Notes: generated from the letters alone by a model not told the origin. 64,000 bases of DNA from Longimicrobiales bacterium (GCA_965238005.1 OZ250165.1:352001-416000), one strand, 5' to 3'; positions 40,802-52,834 are shown, numbered from the stretch's first letter. Made by a program: numbers and translations.

Positions 40802-42496
40802 ATGCATCGCACGAACACTCTCCGGGCCGCTCTGGTCCTGATACCTACTGGGCTGTTGGCAGCCTGCAGTGGCGAGGCCGGATCCCCGGGCTCGGACGCA
40901 TCCTCCGGCGACGTCCTGGCAGCCGCGTCCGCCATGACCACCGCGGGGCTGGCGGAACACATCCGCACCCTGTCCTCGGACGAATTCGGAGGTCGCGCCC
41001 CCGCGTCACCGGGAGGGGAGCTCACCGAGCGCTACCTGGAGGAGCAGTTTCGTGCCGCTGGGCTCCAGCCCGGCAACGGCGACAGCTACTTCCAGGAAGT
41101 CCCGATGGTGGCCATCACTGGCCTGGGTAGCCCGACCTTGACGTTGTCCGGGGCCGGCGCACCCGCCGAGCTGACCTTCCTGGACGAATACGTGGGCTGG
41201 ACCAAGCGCGTTACCGAGGCCGCGAGCCTGGACGCGTCGGAGGTGATCTTCGTGGGCTACGGGATCGTGGCGCCCGAGTACGGTTGGAACGACTACGAGG
41301 GACTGGACGTAGCCGGAAAGACCGTGGTGATGCTGGTGAACGACCCCGGTTTCGCCACGCAGGACGAGGCGGTGTTCAACGGCAACGCAATGACCTACTA
41401 CGGCCGGTGGACCTACAAGTACGAGGAGGCGGCCCGGCAGGGCGCGGCGGGCGCCCTGGTCGTGCATGAGACCGCCCCGGCCGGGTACCCCTGGGACGTG
41501 GTCACCGGGAGCTGGACCGGCCCTCAGTTCGACCTCGTGCGCGACGACGACAACATGGGTCGAGTCGCCGTCGAGGGTTGGTTGACCCTCGAGGCGGCCG
41601 AGAGCCTGTTCACCCTGGCGGGCCAGGACTACGGCGCCATGAAGGAACGTGCCCTGGAGCCCGATTTTCAGGCCGTGCCGCTGGGCGTGACCGCCTCGGT
41701 GTCCATCGAAAACGACGTCCGGCGGTCCTCGGCGAACAACGTGCTCGGCGTGCTGCCCGGCAGCGACCGGGCCGACGAGTACGTCGTCTATATGGCTCAC
41801 CACGATCACCTGGGCACGGCTTCGGGAGACATGGAGGACGCCATTTACAACGGCGCACTGGACAATGCCACCGGCACGGCCGGGCTCCTCGAGCTCGTCA
41901 AGGCGTACCGGACGCTGGGCGAGCCTCCATCCCGGTCCATTCTGTTCTTGGCGGTGACGGCTGAGGAGCAGGGGCTTCTAGGCTCCGCGTACTATGCCAC
42001 GTACCCGGTGTATCCGACGAACAAGACGGTGGCCGCTCTCAACATGGACGTGCTGAACATCTACGGTCCCATGAACGACGTCACGGTGGTCGGCTTCGGG
42101 GCGTCGCAGCTGGATGACTACCTGAATCGCGCCGCGTCGGCCGTGAATCGCGTATTGCGGCCCGACCCTGAGCCGGAGAAGGGATACTACTACCGGTCCG
42201 ACCACTTCAACTTCGCCAAGGTCGGTGTGCCCGCCCTGTACGTGGAGGGGGGCATCGACCACGTGGAGCACGGAGAGGAGTGGACTCTCGAGCAGCGGGA
42301 CAGGTACACCGCCGACGACTACCACAAGCCCTCGGACGAGTTCGACGAGAGCTGGGATCTGACGGGAGCCATCGACGACCTGATTCTCCTCTTACAGGTG
42401 GGTCACGAGGTGGCCTCGTCGGACGCCTGGCCGAACTGGAGTGAGGGGAACGAGTTCCGGGCCATCCGAGAGGCCGACATGACCGGCGGCCACTAG
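40802..42496 (+). CDS. M28 family metallopeptidase lipoprotein with PA domain
   Basis: LLAAC; AHHDH; GALDNATG; AEEQGLLGS; RSDH; YHKPSD. Confidence 0.93.
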   Translation: MHRTNTLRAALVLIPTGLLAACSGEAGSPGSDASSGDVLAAASAMTTAGLAEHIRTLSSDEFGGRAPASPGGELTERYLEEQFRAAGLQPGNGDSYFQEVPMVAITGLGSPTLTLSGAGAPAELTFLDEYVGWTKRVTEAASLDASEVIFVGYGIVAPEYGWNDYEGLDVAGKTVVMLVNDPGFATQDEAVFNGNAMTYYGRWTYKYEEAARQGAAGALVVHETAPAGYPWDVVTGSWTGPQFDLVRDDDNMGRVAVEGWLTLEAAESLFTLAGQDYGAMKERALEPDFQAVPLGVTASVSIENDVRRSSANNVLGVLPGSDRADEYVVYMAHHDHLGTASGDMEDAIYNGALDNATGTAGLLELVKAYRTLGEPPSRSILFLAVTAEEQGLLGSAYYATYPVYPTNKTVAALNMDVLNIYGPMNDVTVVGFGASQLDDYLNRAASAVNRVLRPDPEPEKGYYYRSDHFNFAKVGVPALYVEGGIDHVEHGEEWTLEQRDRYTADDYHKPSDEFDESWDLTGAIDDLILLLQVGHEVASSDAWPNWSEGNEFRAIREADMTGGH

Positions 42497-42502
42497 ACGG
42501 CG

Positions 42503-43282
42503 TCATGCGTCGTCCGCCCGCATGCGGGCGCCGCCGGGCCGGGCCCCCAGCTCCACTCTTGCGCCCCTGCCCTCCGCCAACTCGGGCGAGCCGACGTAAC
42601 GAAGGAAGACGGCGGTCAGCTCCGATGCCAGGTCCTTGTCCTCGATACCGTCTTCCCGGGCCCCCCACGCGAAGATGTAGCGACTCCTCAGGGTGGCGAA
42701 GACCTGGAGCGTCGCCAGGCGTACGGCCCACTCGGGATCGGGGTGGCCAAGCTCGTCGCTCCGCTCCATGAGGAGCACGATGAGGTAGTCGGCGACCCGG
42801 TTGTCCAGCTCGGCCATCCGGTCCAGGAGCTCAGGCTCCGGATGGGACATGGCGTGAACCAGGAACGCCCGCAGGAGAGAGCCGTGGGCCCGGCTCCAGA
42901 GCACCAGCGTCCGGGTGAACTGTAGGACGATCTCCCGCACGCCGGCCACGGACCAGCGGGCAGGAGCCAGGACGGTCTCCCAACCGTCCTGCGCGTCCTC
43001 CCAGAACCGGCTGGCCAGGTAGGCCAGAAGGGCGTCGCGGCTGTCGAAGCGCGCGTAAAAGGTGCCCGCGCCGGTCCCGGAGCGGGACAGGATCTCCTGG
43101 ACGGTTGCCCCCTCGAGACCCTCCTCGGCGATGAGATCCATGGCCGAAGTCACCATCCGGTCGAAGGAGGCACGGCTCCTCGCCTGCCTCGGAAGACGCA
43201 CGCCCGAGAGAACGCGGGCGGCGGCAGGCTCTTCGCCCCCCAGAGCCGGGGGCACGCCCGGCGGCCGTGGCGGATGATTCAT
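42503..43282 (-). CDS. TetR/AcrR regulator
   Basis: PRQARSRASF...GTFYARF. Confidence 0.9.
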   Translation of the reverse strand: MNHPPRPPGVPPALGGEEPAAARVLSGVRLPRQARSRASFDRMVTSAMDLIAEEGLEGATVQEILSRSGTGAGTFYARFDSRDALLAYLASRFWEDAQDGWETVLAPARWSVAGVREIVLQFTRTLVLWSRAHGSLLRAFLVHAMSHPEPELLDRMAELDNRVADYLIVLLMERSDELGHPDPEWAVRLATLQVFATLRSRYIFAWGAREDGIEDKDLASELTAVFLRYVGSPELAEGRGARVELGARPGGARMRADDA

Positions 43283-43372
43283 GACACCGGCATACCTGGG
43301 TCAGAACGCTCCCGTTAATAATTGGCATTCAAATTCAAAGAAACATCATGAGGGAAGAGGTGGCAAGGGTTT

Positions 43373-44017
43373 TCAGCCCCAGATATCGAAGAACTCCACG
43401 TCTTCGTCGGAAGATGGAGCGGAGGGATGATCCCCGGTGAGGTGCCGGACGAGAGCCGCACAGAGGTCGGTCATGACCGCCGGATCCAGGGAAAGGGCGC
43501 ACGCTTCCAGGGACCGGCAGGTCGTCTCAACGGCCAGATCGGGGGTGGGGTGGGTGATAGCGGCGCTCCGGTCCAGGAGGAGGCGCCGCGAGCTCTCCAG
43601 GACCTTGGCCTTGAAGCGTACGGACGCCTTGGAGGGGCCGGCGCCGGGCCCACGGAGGGCCTGGGCCAGTGCATCACGCGCGGCGCGGTGCACCAACTCG
43701 AGCTCGGCGTAGAGCTTCGCCAGTCCAATCACCACCTCGGGGATGGCCCGATCGCCCCAGCTCCCCTCCGTGGCTTCGTTCCAGCGCTCCTCGGCACTCT
43801 CCCAGATGCGCTCGTCCAGGTAGATGAGCAGGTCGTCCTTGCCCTCGAAGCGGGCGTAGAAGGAGCCTACAGACGAGCGGGCGCGCCCGACGATCGCGCT
43901 GATGGTCGTGCCTTCCACCCCGTTCTCGGCGATGAGCTCGAGGGCGGCCTGGGTGATCCGCTGTAGGGTCCGGCGGCTTCGGGCCTGCTTGGGTTTGCGA
44001 AGGTGCGTAGCACTCAT
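43373..44017 (-). CDS. TetR/AcrR regulator
   Basis: PKQARSRRTL...GSFYARFEGKDDLL. Confidence 0.9.
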   Translation of the reverse strand: MSATHLRKPKQARSRRTLQRITQAALELIAENGVEGTTISAIVGRARSSVGSFYARFEGKDDLLIYLDERIWESAEERWNEATEGSWGDRAIPEVVIGLAKLYAELELVHRAARDALAQALRGPGAGPSKASVRFKAKVLESSRRLLLDRSAAITHPTPDLAVETTCRSLEACALSLDPAVMTDLCAALVRHLTGDHPSAPSSDEDVEFFDIWG

Positions 44018-44147
44018 GACAGGCAAGAGAAATTAGTACGTGCATTCTAAATACGCTGAAGAGCCCCGCTTCGCAACACATATCGGTTGCCTCCGGAGCG
44101 TATCGGCAGCACTATTCCCGCACCCCCGTCACACGGAAGACCACGAG

Positions 44148-44441
44148 TTGGCAAGTCGAGACCCGCTTCAAGAGATTCCCGGCGTCGGCCCGAGCATCAG
44201 TGCAGATCTTCGCGCGTTGGACATCGAGCGGGTGTCCGATCTGGCGGGCCGTGATCCGGAGCAGCTCTACCAGCGGCTTCGCGTGCGTCAGGGCGGGCCG
44301 GTGGACCGGTGCATGCTCTACGTGTTCCGCTGCGCCGTCTACTACGCCACCGAGGAGCGGCACGACCCCGACCTCCTCCTCTGGTGGAGCTGGAAGGACC
44401 GCACGGAGCTGGACGGAAAAGGCGGCGGCGGTCGTATGTAA
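44148..44441 (+). CDS. helix-hairpin-helix protein (Cdd1-like)
   Basis: LQEIPGVGPS...DPEQLY...DRCMLYVFRCAVY...WW.WKD. Confidence 0.8.
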   Translation: MASRDPLQEIPGVGPSISADLRALDIERVSDLAGRDPEQLYQRLRVRQGGPVDRCMLYVFRCAVYYATEERHDPDLLLWWSWKDRTELDGKGGGGRM

Positions 44442-44475
44442 GGGTGTACGTCCCCCGAGCCCGAGGACAAAGCCA

Positions 44476-45117
44476 GTGTCGAAGTCCCCGGTGAACCGCA
44501 ATCCGAAGCTCAACAGGCGCGAGGCTTTCCAGTCCGCGGCGTCCGACCTCGACGCCACGTTCGTGGCGGGCAAGTGGAGCTCTGGCGACGAGGTCCACCT
44601 CGAGCACGGTCCATGGAAGGTGATTCTCGACACCTACGCCCAAAGCACCGGCCAAACGTCGGTCACCTATACGCGGGCGCGAGCCCTCTACGTGGCGAAG
44701 GAGGACTTCGAGCTCGGCATCTCCCGGAGGAACGTCTTCACCCGAATCGCCGAGCTCTTCGGCTTCTACGGGCTCCTGGTCGGTGATCAGGAGCTCGAGG
44801 GCAAATACACGATCAAGAGCTCGAGCGACCCCCGGGGAAGGTCCCTCATGATGGACCGGCGGCTCCGGGAGCTGATCATGGTCCAGCCGTCGCTCCAGCT
44901 GGAGATCCGGCGGCTCTCGTGGGGGATGCGGAGGAAGAGGGGGGACGGCGTCCGGGCGGTGGCGGTCCAGACCACCGGCGTGGTCACGGAGCCGGATCGC
45001 CTCGCGAACTACGTGCTCCTCGTGGCCAACACCCTGGACCAGCTCGTCCGCATCGGCGCGGCCTACGAGGAGCCCGTGGCCGAGGGTCGCACCTACGCTC
45101 TCCCCCGGCGCGTCTGA
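44476..45117 (+). CDS. hypothetical protein (DUF3137-like)
   Basis: LDTY...TYTRARA...GDQELEGKYTIKS. Confidence 0.65.
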   Translation: MSKSPVNRNPKLNRREAFQSAASDLDATFVAGKWSSGDEVHLEHGPWKVILDTYAQSTGQTSVTYTRARALYVAKEDFELGISRRNVFTRIAELFGFYGLLVGDQELEGKYTIKSSSDPRGRSLMMDRRLRELIMVQPSLQLEIRRLSWGMRRKRGDGVRAVAVQTTGVVTEPDRLANYVLLVANTLDQLVRIGAAYEEPVAEGRTYALPRRV

Positions 45118-45182
45118 GTCCAGTCCGGATTTCCGGATACCAAGAGGGAACCTTGGCGGGTATGCTCCCATGAAGGCATCAC

Positions 45183-45590
45183 ATGAGCCGGGAGGTCCGC
45201 GTGAAGGACGTGGCGAAGGGAGTGGGACTGGCGCTCGTGACGAGTGCCGGCCTGATGGTGATCCCCGAGGGACTGGCGCTCCCCCTGGTCGCGATCTTCA
45301 TGGGGGTGGCAGGCGGAGTCTACGTGGGATTCGCCCTGAAGGACCCTGAAGCGAAGGAGGCACCCATCCAGTGGGCGGGCGCCATCGTGTTCGCCGTGGC
45401 CGGAGCGCTGGGCCTGTGGGCATCGCCCTGGTGGCTCGTCGCCGGGTGGGCGGCCCACGCCATCTGGGACGCCCTCCATCACGTTCGAACACTGAAGACC
45501 CAGACGTCCCCCGGCTACCCCGGCCTCTGTGCCGCTTACGACCTGGCCCTCGCCGCTTTCCTGGCCTACTGGATCGGAGCCGGAGCATGA
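45183..45590 (+). CDS. membrane protein (DUF6010-like)
   Basis: GWAAHAIWDALH...YPGLCAAYD. Confidence 0.7.
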   Translation: MSREVRVKDVAKGVGLALVTSAGLMVIPEGLALPLVAIFMGVAGGVYVGFALKDPEAKEAPIQWAGAIVFAVAGALGLWASPWWLVAGWAAHAIWDALHHVRTLKTQTSPGYPGLCAAYDLALAAFLAYWIGAGA

Positions 45591-45651
45591 CGCCTTCCCC
45601 CAACCGTTGGCGGCGGACCGCCCATCGAGACACGCAATCGAGGACGTGACC

Positions 45652-46176
45652 ATGACTGACCCGAGATATCCCATCGGACCCTTCCAGGCCGGAGGCAAGC
45701 TCACCCCGGAGGAGAGAGCCACCCTGCTCCAGCAGATCGAGGAAGCGCCGGCACGGCTCCGCGAGGCCGTGGCGGGCCTGGTCGACGCCCAGTTGGACAC
45801 GCCCTACCGGGAGGGCGGCTGGACCGTCCGTCAGGTGGCCCACCACGTGGCCGACAGCCACATCAACGCCTACGTGCGACTCCGCTGGGCCCTCACGGAG
45901 GACGCACCCACCGTCAAGGCGTACGAGGAGAAGGACTGGGCCCAGCTTCCCGACGCGTCGTCTGCCCCTATTGCGATGTCCCTGAATCTCCTGGACGCGC
46001 TTCACGTGCGCCGGCTCGCCCTCTGGCGGGCCATGAAGGAAGGAGACTTCGCGCGGACGTGGAAGGGACCCGACTTCGACTACCTGCCCGTGGACGACCT
46101 CGTCAGGCTCTACGTCTGGCACGGGCGGCACCACAGGGCGCACATCACGTCGCTCAGGGAGAGGATGGGGTGGTAG
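45652..46176 (+). CDS. yfiT: YfiT/BstA DinB-family thiol transferase
   Basis: DPRYPIG, TPYREGGWTVRQVAHHVADSH, YVWHGRHH. Confidence 0.9.
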   Translation: MTDPRYPIGPFQAGGKLTPEERATLLQQIEEAPARLREAVAGLVDAQLDTPYREGGWTVRQVAHHVADSHINAYVRLRWALTEDAPTVKAYEEKDWAQLPDASSAPIAMSLNLLDALHVRRLALWRAMKEGDFARTWKGPDFDYLPVDDLVRLYVWHGRHHRAHITSLRERMGW

Positions 46177-46210
46177 GGGAGGGTTAGGAGGGTTAGGTGA
46201 TTGGGACAGC

Positions 46211-46936
46211 TTAGGTCACAGGGACGGGCTCTCCGAGGGAGACGCCGTCGAGGGTGACTCGGCAACGCCGGCCTAGCACTCGGACACCAGCCTTCCTGGC
46301 CTGAGCCAAAGCATCCGCGAAGCGGGGATCGATCTCGCGAGCCGCCGAGATGGACCGGGCATCGGCTCTTTGGAGAACGAAAAGGACTGCCGCTTCCCAA
46401 CCTTCCTTCCCCGCGAGCTCGCCCAACTCCCTAACGTGCCGAGCTCCTCTCTCAGTCACCGCGTCGGGAAAGAGGGCAACACCTTCCTCCACCAGAGTGA
46501 CGCTCTTCACCTCCAGAACGAGCTGTCTCCCGTCCTCCCGTGACAGCAGAAAATCGAAACGAGATCTGCCGATGATCACCTCGGACCGATCGAGTCTCCA
46601 CCCACGGAGCTCCGATATTGCGTCGACGGACAGCGCCCGGCCGATGAGTCGATTGGGGAGCGTAGTGTCCAGAGAGATCAGACCATCACCCTCGGGAGCC
46701 TGGACCAGAACGGCCGACCACTTCGTCCTCCTCGCCGCGGACGCTGCACTCTGGAGCCAGATCGATCTCCCGGGAACCAGAAGCTCTCGCAGCCGCCCCG
46801 GATCTGGAAGGTGTGCTTCGTGCGGCCCGCCGCCTTCCACTGGTTCCGCCATGACCAAGAAACGATTGGGACGCTCGAGGAAGCGGGCTTCCAGGAGGGG
46901 GCCTTTGATGGGCTCGAATGGCTCAGCTCGCGTCAT
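46211..46936 (-). CDS. sfsA: DNA/RNA nuclease SfsA
   Basis: RPNRFL, HLPDPGRL, SRFDFLL, EVKSVTL, FPDAVTERGARH. Confidence 0.95.
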   Translation of the reverse strand: MTRAEPFEPIKGPLLEARFLERPNRFLVMAEPVEGGGPHEAHLPDPGRLRELLVPGRSIWLQSAASAARRTKWSAVLVQAPEGDGLISLDTTLPNRLIGRALSVDAISELRGWRLDRSEVIIGRSRFDFLLSREDGRQLVLEVKSVTLVEEGVALFPDAVTERGARHVRELGELAGKEGWEAAVLFVLQRADARSISAAREIDPRFADALAQARKAGVRVLGRRCRVTLDGVSLGEPVPVT

Positions 46937-47103
46937 GCAATCGCCTTTCGGTGTCTAGTCCGCTTCACTCAAAGCAGGTGCCAAAGCTGCCATTTTCGGG
47001 GGCCCTCCCAGCTTCAGCCGATTTGATGATAGGGTGGTGACAGGACGGCGCTACCATCACTGCTCGAGTCCCCTTCGATCCGCCTAGGACTGGAGCAAAG
47101 CCC

Positions 47104-48030
47104 ATGGACGTCACCCCGGCCAACTCTCCCCCCCTTGCCCGACTCGCACCTCCGTATGACAGCCTGGAGCCGCTCTCACCGTCCGATGACTACCTCACCC
47201 AACCTCCAGGTCCGGGATCGAGCATTGTGTGGCAATTGGGCTTCGGAAGCTGGAGCGCGGCCTTCGATGTGATTCGTCGGCGATCCCCCGGAATGGCCCT
47301 GATCGTTATTCTAGCACCCAAAGTAGAGGTCGACTCTGCCCCTCAGTTGCTCAGGGTCGTTGAGGCTGGTCGCCCGCACAGCATCCTCCCCTTCCATCCA
47401 GAGCCACACCTCGATGACCTGACGGCCGTTCTTAGGAGGGAGCCGGAGGACCTCCCGGTGGAGTTCATGGACTATCTCCTTTGGCGAGGGATGAATGTGG
47501 ACATGGACGCTCGCCGGCTCATCAGGAAGACCGTCGAGCTGTCGCTCGAGCTGTACACGGTGACGGCCCTTGCACGAAGCCTCTACCTGTCTCGTCGAGC
47601 TCTGGGACGGCGCTTCCTGAAGAGAGGACTCCCCGTTCCCTCGCACTGGCTCCACTTCGGCAGAATCCTCCGAGCAGCCCTGCGGCTTCAGAACACCGAT
47701 GAGACTCTAGCATCCGCAGCCTATCACTTCGGGTATCCAGACGCCTTTGCTTTTTCCAACCAGATGTACCGGCTTACGCGCGTCCGACCCTCCGAAGCTC
47801 GGCGCTTCCTTGGTTGGGAGTGGCTCGTCGAGGCGTGGCTCCAAACCGAGGGCAGCACGGGTGGCCTGTCGAGGGATCTCTCGCGTACATTGGTCCTTGC
47901 GCCCGACGTCTTATCACGGCGGAAGGACTCCTCTAGCGTGAATGACGCAGAAGGAATGGCGGATCCCGAAGGCCCAGCCCCCCGGCCGACGCGGAGACCG
48001 CTGTCTTCAATGACCAAGGCCAAGTCCTAG
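47104..48030 (+). CDS. AraC-type HTH regulator
   Basis: LSRRALGRRF...GYPDAFAFSNQMYRLTRVRPS. Confidence 0.85.
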   Translation: MDVTPANSPPLARLAPPYDSLEPLSPSDDYLTQPPGPGSSIVWQLGFGSWSAAFDVIRRRSPGMALIVILAPKVEVDSAPQLLRVVEAGRPHSILPFHPEPHLDDLTAVLRREPEDLPVEFMDYLLWRGMNVDMDARRLIRKTVELSLELYTVTALARSLYLSRRALGRRFLKRGLPVPSHWLHFGRILRAALRLQNTDETLASAAYHFGYPDAFAFSNQMYRLTRVRPSEARRFLGWEWLVEAWLQTEGSTGGLSRDLSRTLVLAPDVLSRRKDSSSVNDAEGMADPEGPAPRPTRRPLSSMTKAKS

Positions 48031-48063
48031 CTGAAGCGAGGCGCGGCCCAGGGGTTCTGTCGA

Positions 48064-51000
48064 ATGTCCTTGGACTCAGTCGAAGCAGCCCCCGTTCAAG
48101 TCCGATTGTTCGGTGGGCCGGTCGTAGAGGTGGGAGCAAAGCCGGTGCGGCTCTCGAAGTATCAGGCCTACCTCATTGCTCTAGTCTTCGGGCATGGGCA
48201 GGACGGGCTCTCCCGCTCCAAGGCCATTGAGCTCCTCTGGAATGAGCCAGACGGCCGGAGGCAGCGTCACCGCTTGAGCCAGTTGCTCCATACACTGAAG
48301 CGGAAGTTGGGTGGAAGGGAGATCGTGCGTGATGACGATTTCTTTCTCATGTCGGCCCTGCCGAGTCATGCCACCGACCTAGAGAAGATCAATTCGTCAC
48401 TCGAGCAACGTGATCACGGCACATTGTCAGGTCTCTTAGGAGGTGCGTTTCTGTCCCGTTTGGAGAAAGCACCCACCAGCCAGTTTGACCAGTGGTCAGC
48501 CTTGACGAACAGGAGGATCGACGATGCGGTGGAAGCGAGCCTCCTGCATGCATGCCTCGAGGCAGAAGAAGAGAGCGATTGGCAGGCATTGGGCGATGCA
48601 GTTCGCGTGGCGGAGATCGTCTGCGCTCCCCAGGAGAACGTACTCCTTTACTCAATAAAGCACCTCGCGATGCGAGGACGCTTTTCCCTGGTCCGGCAAA
48701 CCGTAGCACGCTTCGCCTCCCGTTGGGCTGAGGCAACCGGCGATCGCTGGGAGCCTACTCCGGGTACGACCGAGCTGCTCGCGTGGGCACAAAGCGTCAA
48801 GGGCAGATGCCGAACCTCTGCCAATGACGGGGGCCCACTTCCGCTAATCGGTCAAAAGACTGAGTTGCGGGCCTTATATGAAAAGCTCACCACGGCGTCA
48901 CCGGAAGCTGTCCCAACCGTAGTTGAAGGTTCCTGATAGGGGAGAAAGAAAAGTGGTGGCTCCGGGGGTCCCGGGCCGATAGGCTCGGGTAGGCAAAAAC
49001 CCCAACACGGAGCCACCACGATGAAGAGAACGTACGAGGTAAGGGATCGGGCGGACAAGCGCGCGATCAGGGAGTTCCTGAAGCGGGAGGGGCAGTTTCT
49101 GCTTCCGATGCTTGAGCTCGTGGAGCAGACGGAGGTCGCGATCGACGAAGTCATCCAGGTGATGGGACGAGCGACGATCGAAGCGGTGCTGGAGATGAGC
49201 GCCGAGGGTGTGGCAGGCGTGAAGCAGGCAGGTCGGTCACGAGCGGAAGACGACACGGTGTGGTATGGCCGGCAGGGTGGTGTGGTTTACCTGTCGGACC
49301 GGAAGGTGCGTGTGGAGCGGCCACGGCTCAGGCGCCGGGGCGCCGGGGAGGGTGGCGAGGTCGAGGTGCCGGCGTACGCAGCGATGCGGAGACCGGGCGC
49401 CGTGGCGGATCGGATGCTCGAGGTCCTGATGGCGGGGGTGAGCACGCGGAAGTACGGCCGTGTGATCGGTGAGATGGCCGACACGGTCGGGGTGAGCAAG
49501 TCGGCGGTGAGCCGTGAGACGGTCGAGGCCTCGGAGCGCGTGCTGAAGGAGCTGATGGAGCGCCGGCTGGATGCGTGGGACCTCCTGGTGATCTACCTGG
49601 ACGGGATCCAGATGGGCTCGCACCACGTGCTTGCTGCGGTAGGCGTGGACTCAGACGGAAAGAAGCACGTGCTGGGCGTGAGGGAAGGAGCGAGTGAGAA
49701 CGCCGAGGTGACCAGCGCGCTCCTAGAGGATCTGGTCGAGCGCGGCCTGGACCCGGGCAGGCGGCGGCTGTTCGTGATCGATGGCTCGAAAGCGCCCAGG
49801 AAGGCGATCGAGAAGGTGTTCGGCCAACGTCACCCCATCCAGCGCTGCCGCAACCACAAGCTCCGCAACGTGCTGGGTCATCTGCCGAAGGATCAGCATC
49901 CTCAGGTGAAGGCGGCGTTCCGGGCGGCGATGAAGCTGGACGCGAAGCAGGGCGAGCAGAAGCTCGAGCAGCTCGCCCGATGGCTCGAGCGCGACCACCC
50001 CTCGGCCTCGGCCAGCCTACGCGAAGGCCTCAGCGAGATGTTCACGATCAACCGGCTCGGCCTCCCGCCGCGGCTGAGGAAGTGCCTGGGCTCGACCAAC
50101 CTGATCGACAGCACCCACTCGGGCGTAAGACAGAAGACCCGCAGGGTGACCAACTGGAAGAACGGAGCGATGGCCTTGCGCTGGGCCGCGGCCTCGTTCG
50201 TGGAGACCGAGAAGAGCTACCGGAGGATCATCGGCTACGACCAGCTCTGGATGCTCAGGGCCCACCTCGACGACCATGAACCGGTTGCCGAAATGAGAAA
50301 GGCAGGCTAACAAGGAGACTCTCCGGAGCCACCACCTTCAACTGTCAGCGGGACACCATCCGTCACCGGGACCAAGCCTTGCAGTAGTCATCGGCGAAGG
50401 GGGCATCGGCAAATCGAGAATCGTCGAGGATGTGACCAAGAGGAGGGTCCTTGAGGGATGTCAGATCTTAGGTGCACGAGCAGCCGAGTTTGAGGATTGT
50501 ATCCCTCTTAACCCGATTATTGACTCGCTGGATCGGTTGAGTGCGAAAGACCTAGTAGGGCTTGAGGAGCCATGGTCGACCGTACTGCAAAACGTACTAC
50601 CAGGACTCAGTAACGCACCCTCACAGGTAATCGCACCCACTATTCAACCCGGCAGCGTACCACGGCGCCTCTTTGAGGCATTCCTGCGCCTCTTTGAACA
50701 CCTCTCTCGAAAGCGACCCGTCCTGCTGTTCCTGGACGACGTACATTGGATCGACGAGACCTCGCTGTCAGTCATCCAGTTCATCCGCAGACGAGCGGTA
50801 GGCGATATTGAGATCGTCTTGGTCTTCACCACGGAGATGATCCAGAAGCGAGCATGCATAGAAAACTTCTTGGACTCAGTCCCAGACGAGGATGAGAAGC
50901 TTTGTGTCCGCGAGCTCGATCCAGAGGACGCGGAAACACTTGTCCTTGCACTTGCAGGCAACTCGGTAGTGCCAGAGGCGCTTATCAACATATGCGCACT

Positions 51001-52795
51001 GGGTGCCGGCAATCCCTTTTACCTCACCGAGTTGACCGCCGAGTATCTCGCCGGTCGACTCATACATACACCAGAGACTTTAGACCCGCCTCTCCCACCC
51101 TCCGTAAGACATCTACTTGAGCCGCGGCTGTCGGGTCTCTCAATCGCTGCAGGTCGTATGCTGGCAGCCCTGGCGGTGTCTGGACACCCACAGTCGATCC
51201 CCGATGTGGTTCGTCTGCTTGAGCTAGATGCAGACGCCCTCATTGATGCCAGTGAGGAGTTGCTCATGGCGCGACTCGTGACGGAGAGAGACGCCCGGTA
51301 CGTGATCGCGCACCCCATGCTCAGGCGTGCCGTCTATGATCGCATTAGCCCCGCCCGGAGATGTGAGCTTCACGAGCGTGTAGCCCAGTCGTTTGCTCGC
51401 AGCGAAGGCGACGGAAGGGATGGCGCGGTAGCACTACACTTTGACCGGTCCGGCAATTCAGCGGAAGCAGTGAGGTTCGCCCTCCGGGCGGCAGATCGAG
51501 CCGAACGGTCGGGAGCGGTGCCGGAGACGATCAAGAACCTATCCATCGCGCGCCGACATGAGGAGCGACCTGATGCGGCGCGAGAAATTCTTTGTCGTCT
51601 TGGTCATCTCCACTATCTGCACCAGGACCTCGAACAGGCGGCGGCGATCTTGGGCCTAGCAAGTGATCAGCTGAAAGAGGCTGAACAGAATGACCGAGCA
51701 TGGGAGGCCCAGCTGGAGCAGACCGACTGTCTATTGAGACTCAACCCATCCCTAGTGCATGATCTGCTTGACCGTCTAGTCGCGATGAGAGAGTCGTTCC
51801 AGACCGCTTCCGCCACCGAACCCTACGCCAGAGCCTTGGATATTGAGGTCCACGCTCTTGATCGCCTTGGAGATACGGCGGGTATTCGCACTAGGCTCGA
51901 GGAGGCTGAGACCGTCCTGCGGACTGGCACTCCACTGGCCAGATGTCGAGCCCATTGTACGATGGCGTTGCACCAACTCCATGGGAACGCCGCGTTGGCC
52001 TTGAACAATGCTCGACAGGCCGTCGAGCTCGCTGAGGCCAATGACTTGGTCACCGAGTGGCCAATCGCCATCAACCGGCTCATTGTCGTGTTGATCTATC
52101 GGGGATCGATGGAGTCGGAGGGCGGCTTGGAACTCCTGGAAAGAGCCGAGAATGCTGCCGCCCGAGTTGGAGACCTGCTCCTTCGCTTCACGCTCGGACT
52201 CAACCGGGGCGTCTGGTACCTCGAGACGGCAAACTATGCAGCTGCCGAGGTGGCGTTTGAGAAAGCTCAAGCGATACTTGGGGAGCCTGACGACACTTCA
52301 TCCGGAGCACTACTCAATATGAACCTCGGCGAGCTCAGTCTAATGACCGGGGACACGCCTCGTGCCGAGATGTTCTTTCGCCGTGTGTTGGAGACGGATG
52401 CTGCCTCCTTGCCTGCCAATCTCGCTCTCATCGCTGAGGCTGGACTGGGAATCTGTGAGCTCAGCGAGGGTAAGCTCCGCGAGGCACGATCCCGAAGTGC
52501 CAGATTGACACTGCCAAGTCACTGGTCGTTTGACCCAACTTTGCCAGCGACCTTTCAGGCACGGATTAATACTCGGCGAGGCGATCTTGAAGGAGCATTG
52601 CGGACGATCCGTTCGGCCGCAGAGACCATAAGGGACCGGTTCCCACTCAGCTGGATCAAGCTACGAATGGAGGAGCTTCGCCTACTGCAAAGGGGTGACA
52701 ACAGCGATGCCGCGTCGCTAGCCCATGAAGCGTATGACTTCGCTGGCGACCTTGGGTTGGAGCATCACTGCGCGGCGCTCGAGAGGTTCATGTAG
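48064..52795 (+). pseudogene. BTAD-AAA ATPase-TPR (STAND-type) regulator interrupted by IS256
   Basis: Removing 48904-50368 restores one frame: TTASP-GPSLAVVIGEGGIGKS; DDVHW; GNPFY. Confidence 0.9.
48904..50360 (+). mobile_element. IS256-family insertion sequence (transposase 49021-50310)
   Basis: Imperfect IRs GAAGCTGTCCCAACCGTAGTTGAAGG / CCTTCAACTGTCAGCGGGACACCATC; 8-bp TSD CGTCACCG (48896-48903 and 50361-50368); LDG, IDG, QRCRNHK motifs. Confidence 0.95.
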
Positions 52796-52834
52796 GTGTT
52801 GTGTTTCTCTGCGACACGTCAGGAGTGAGGAGGA

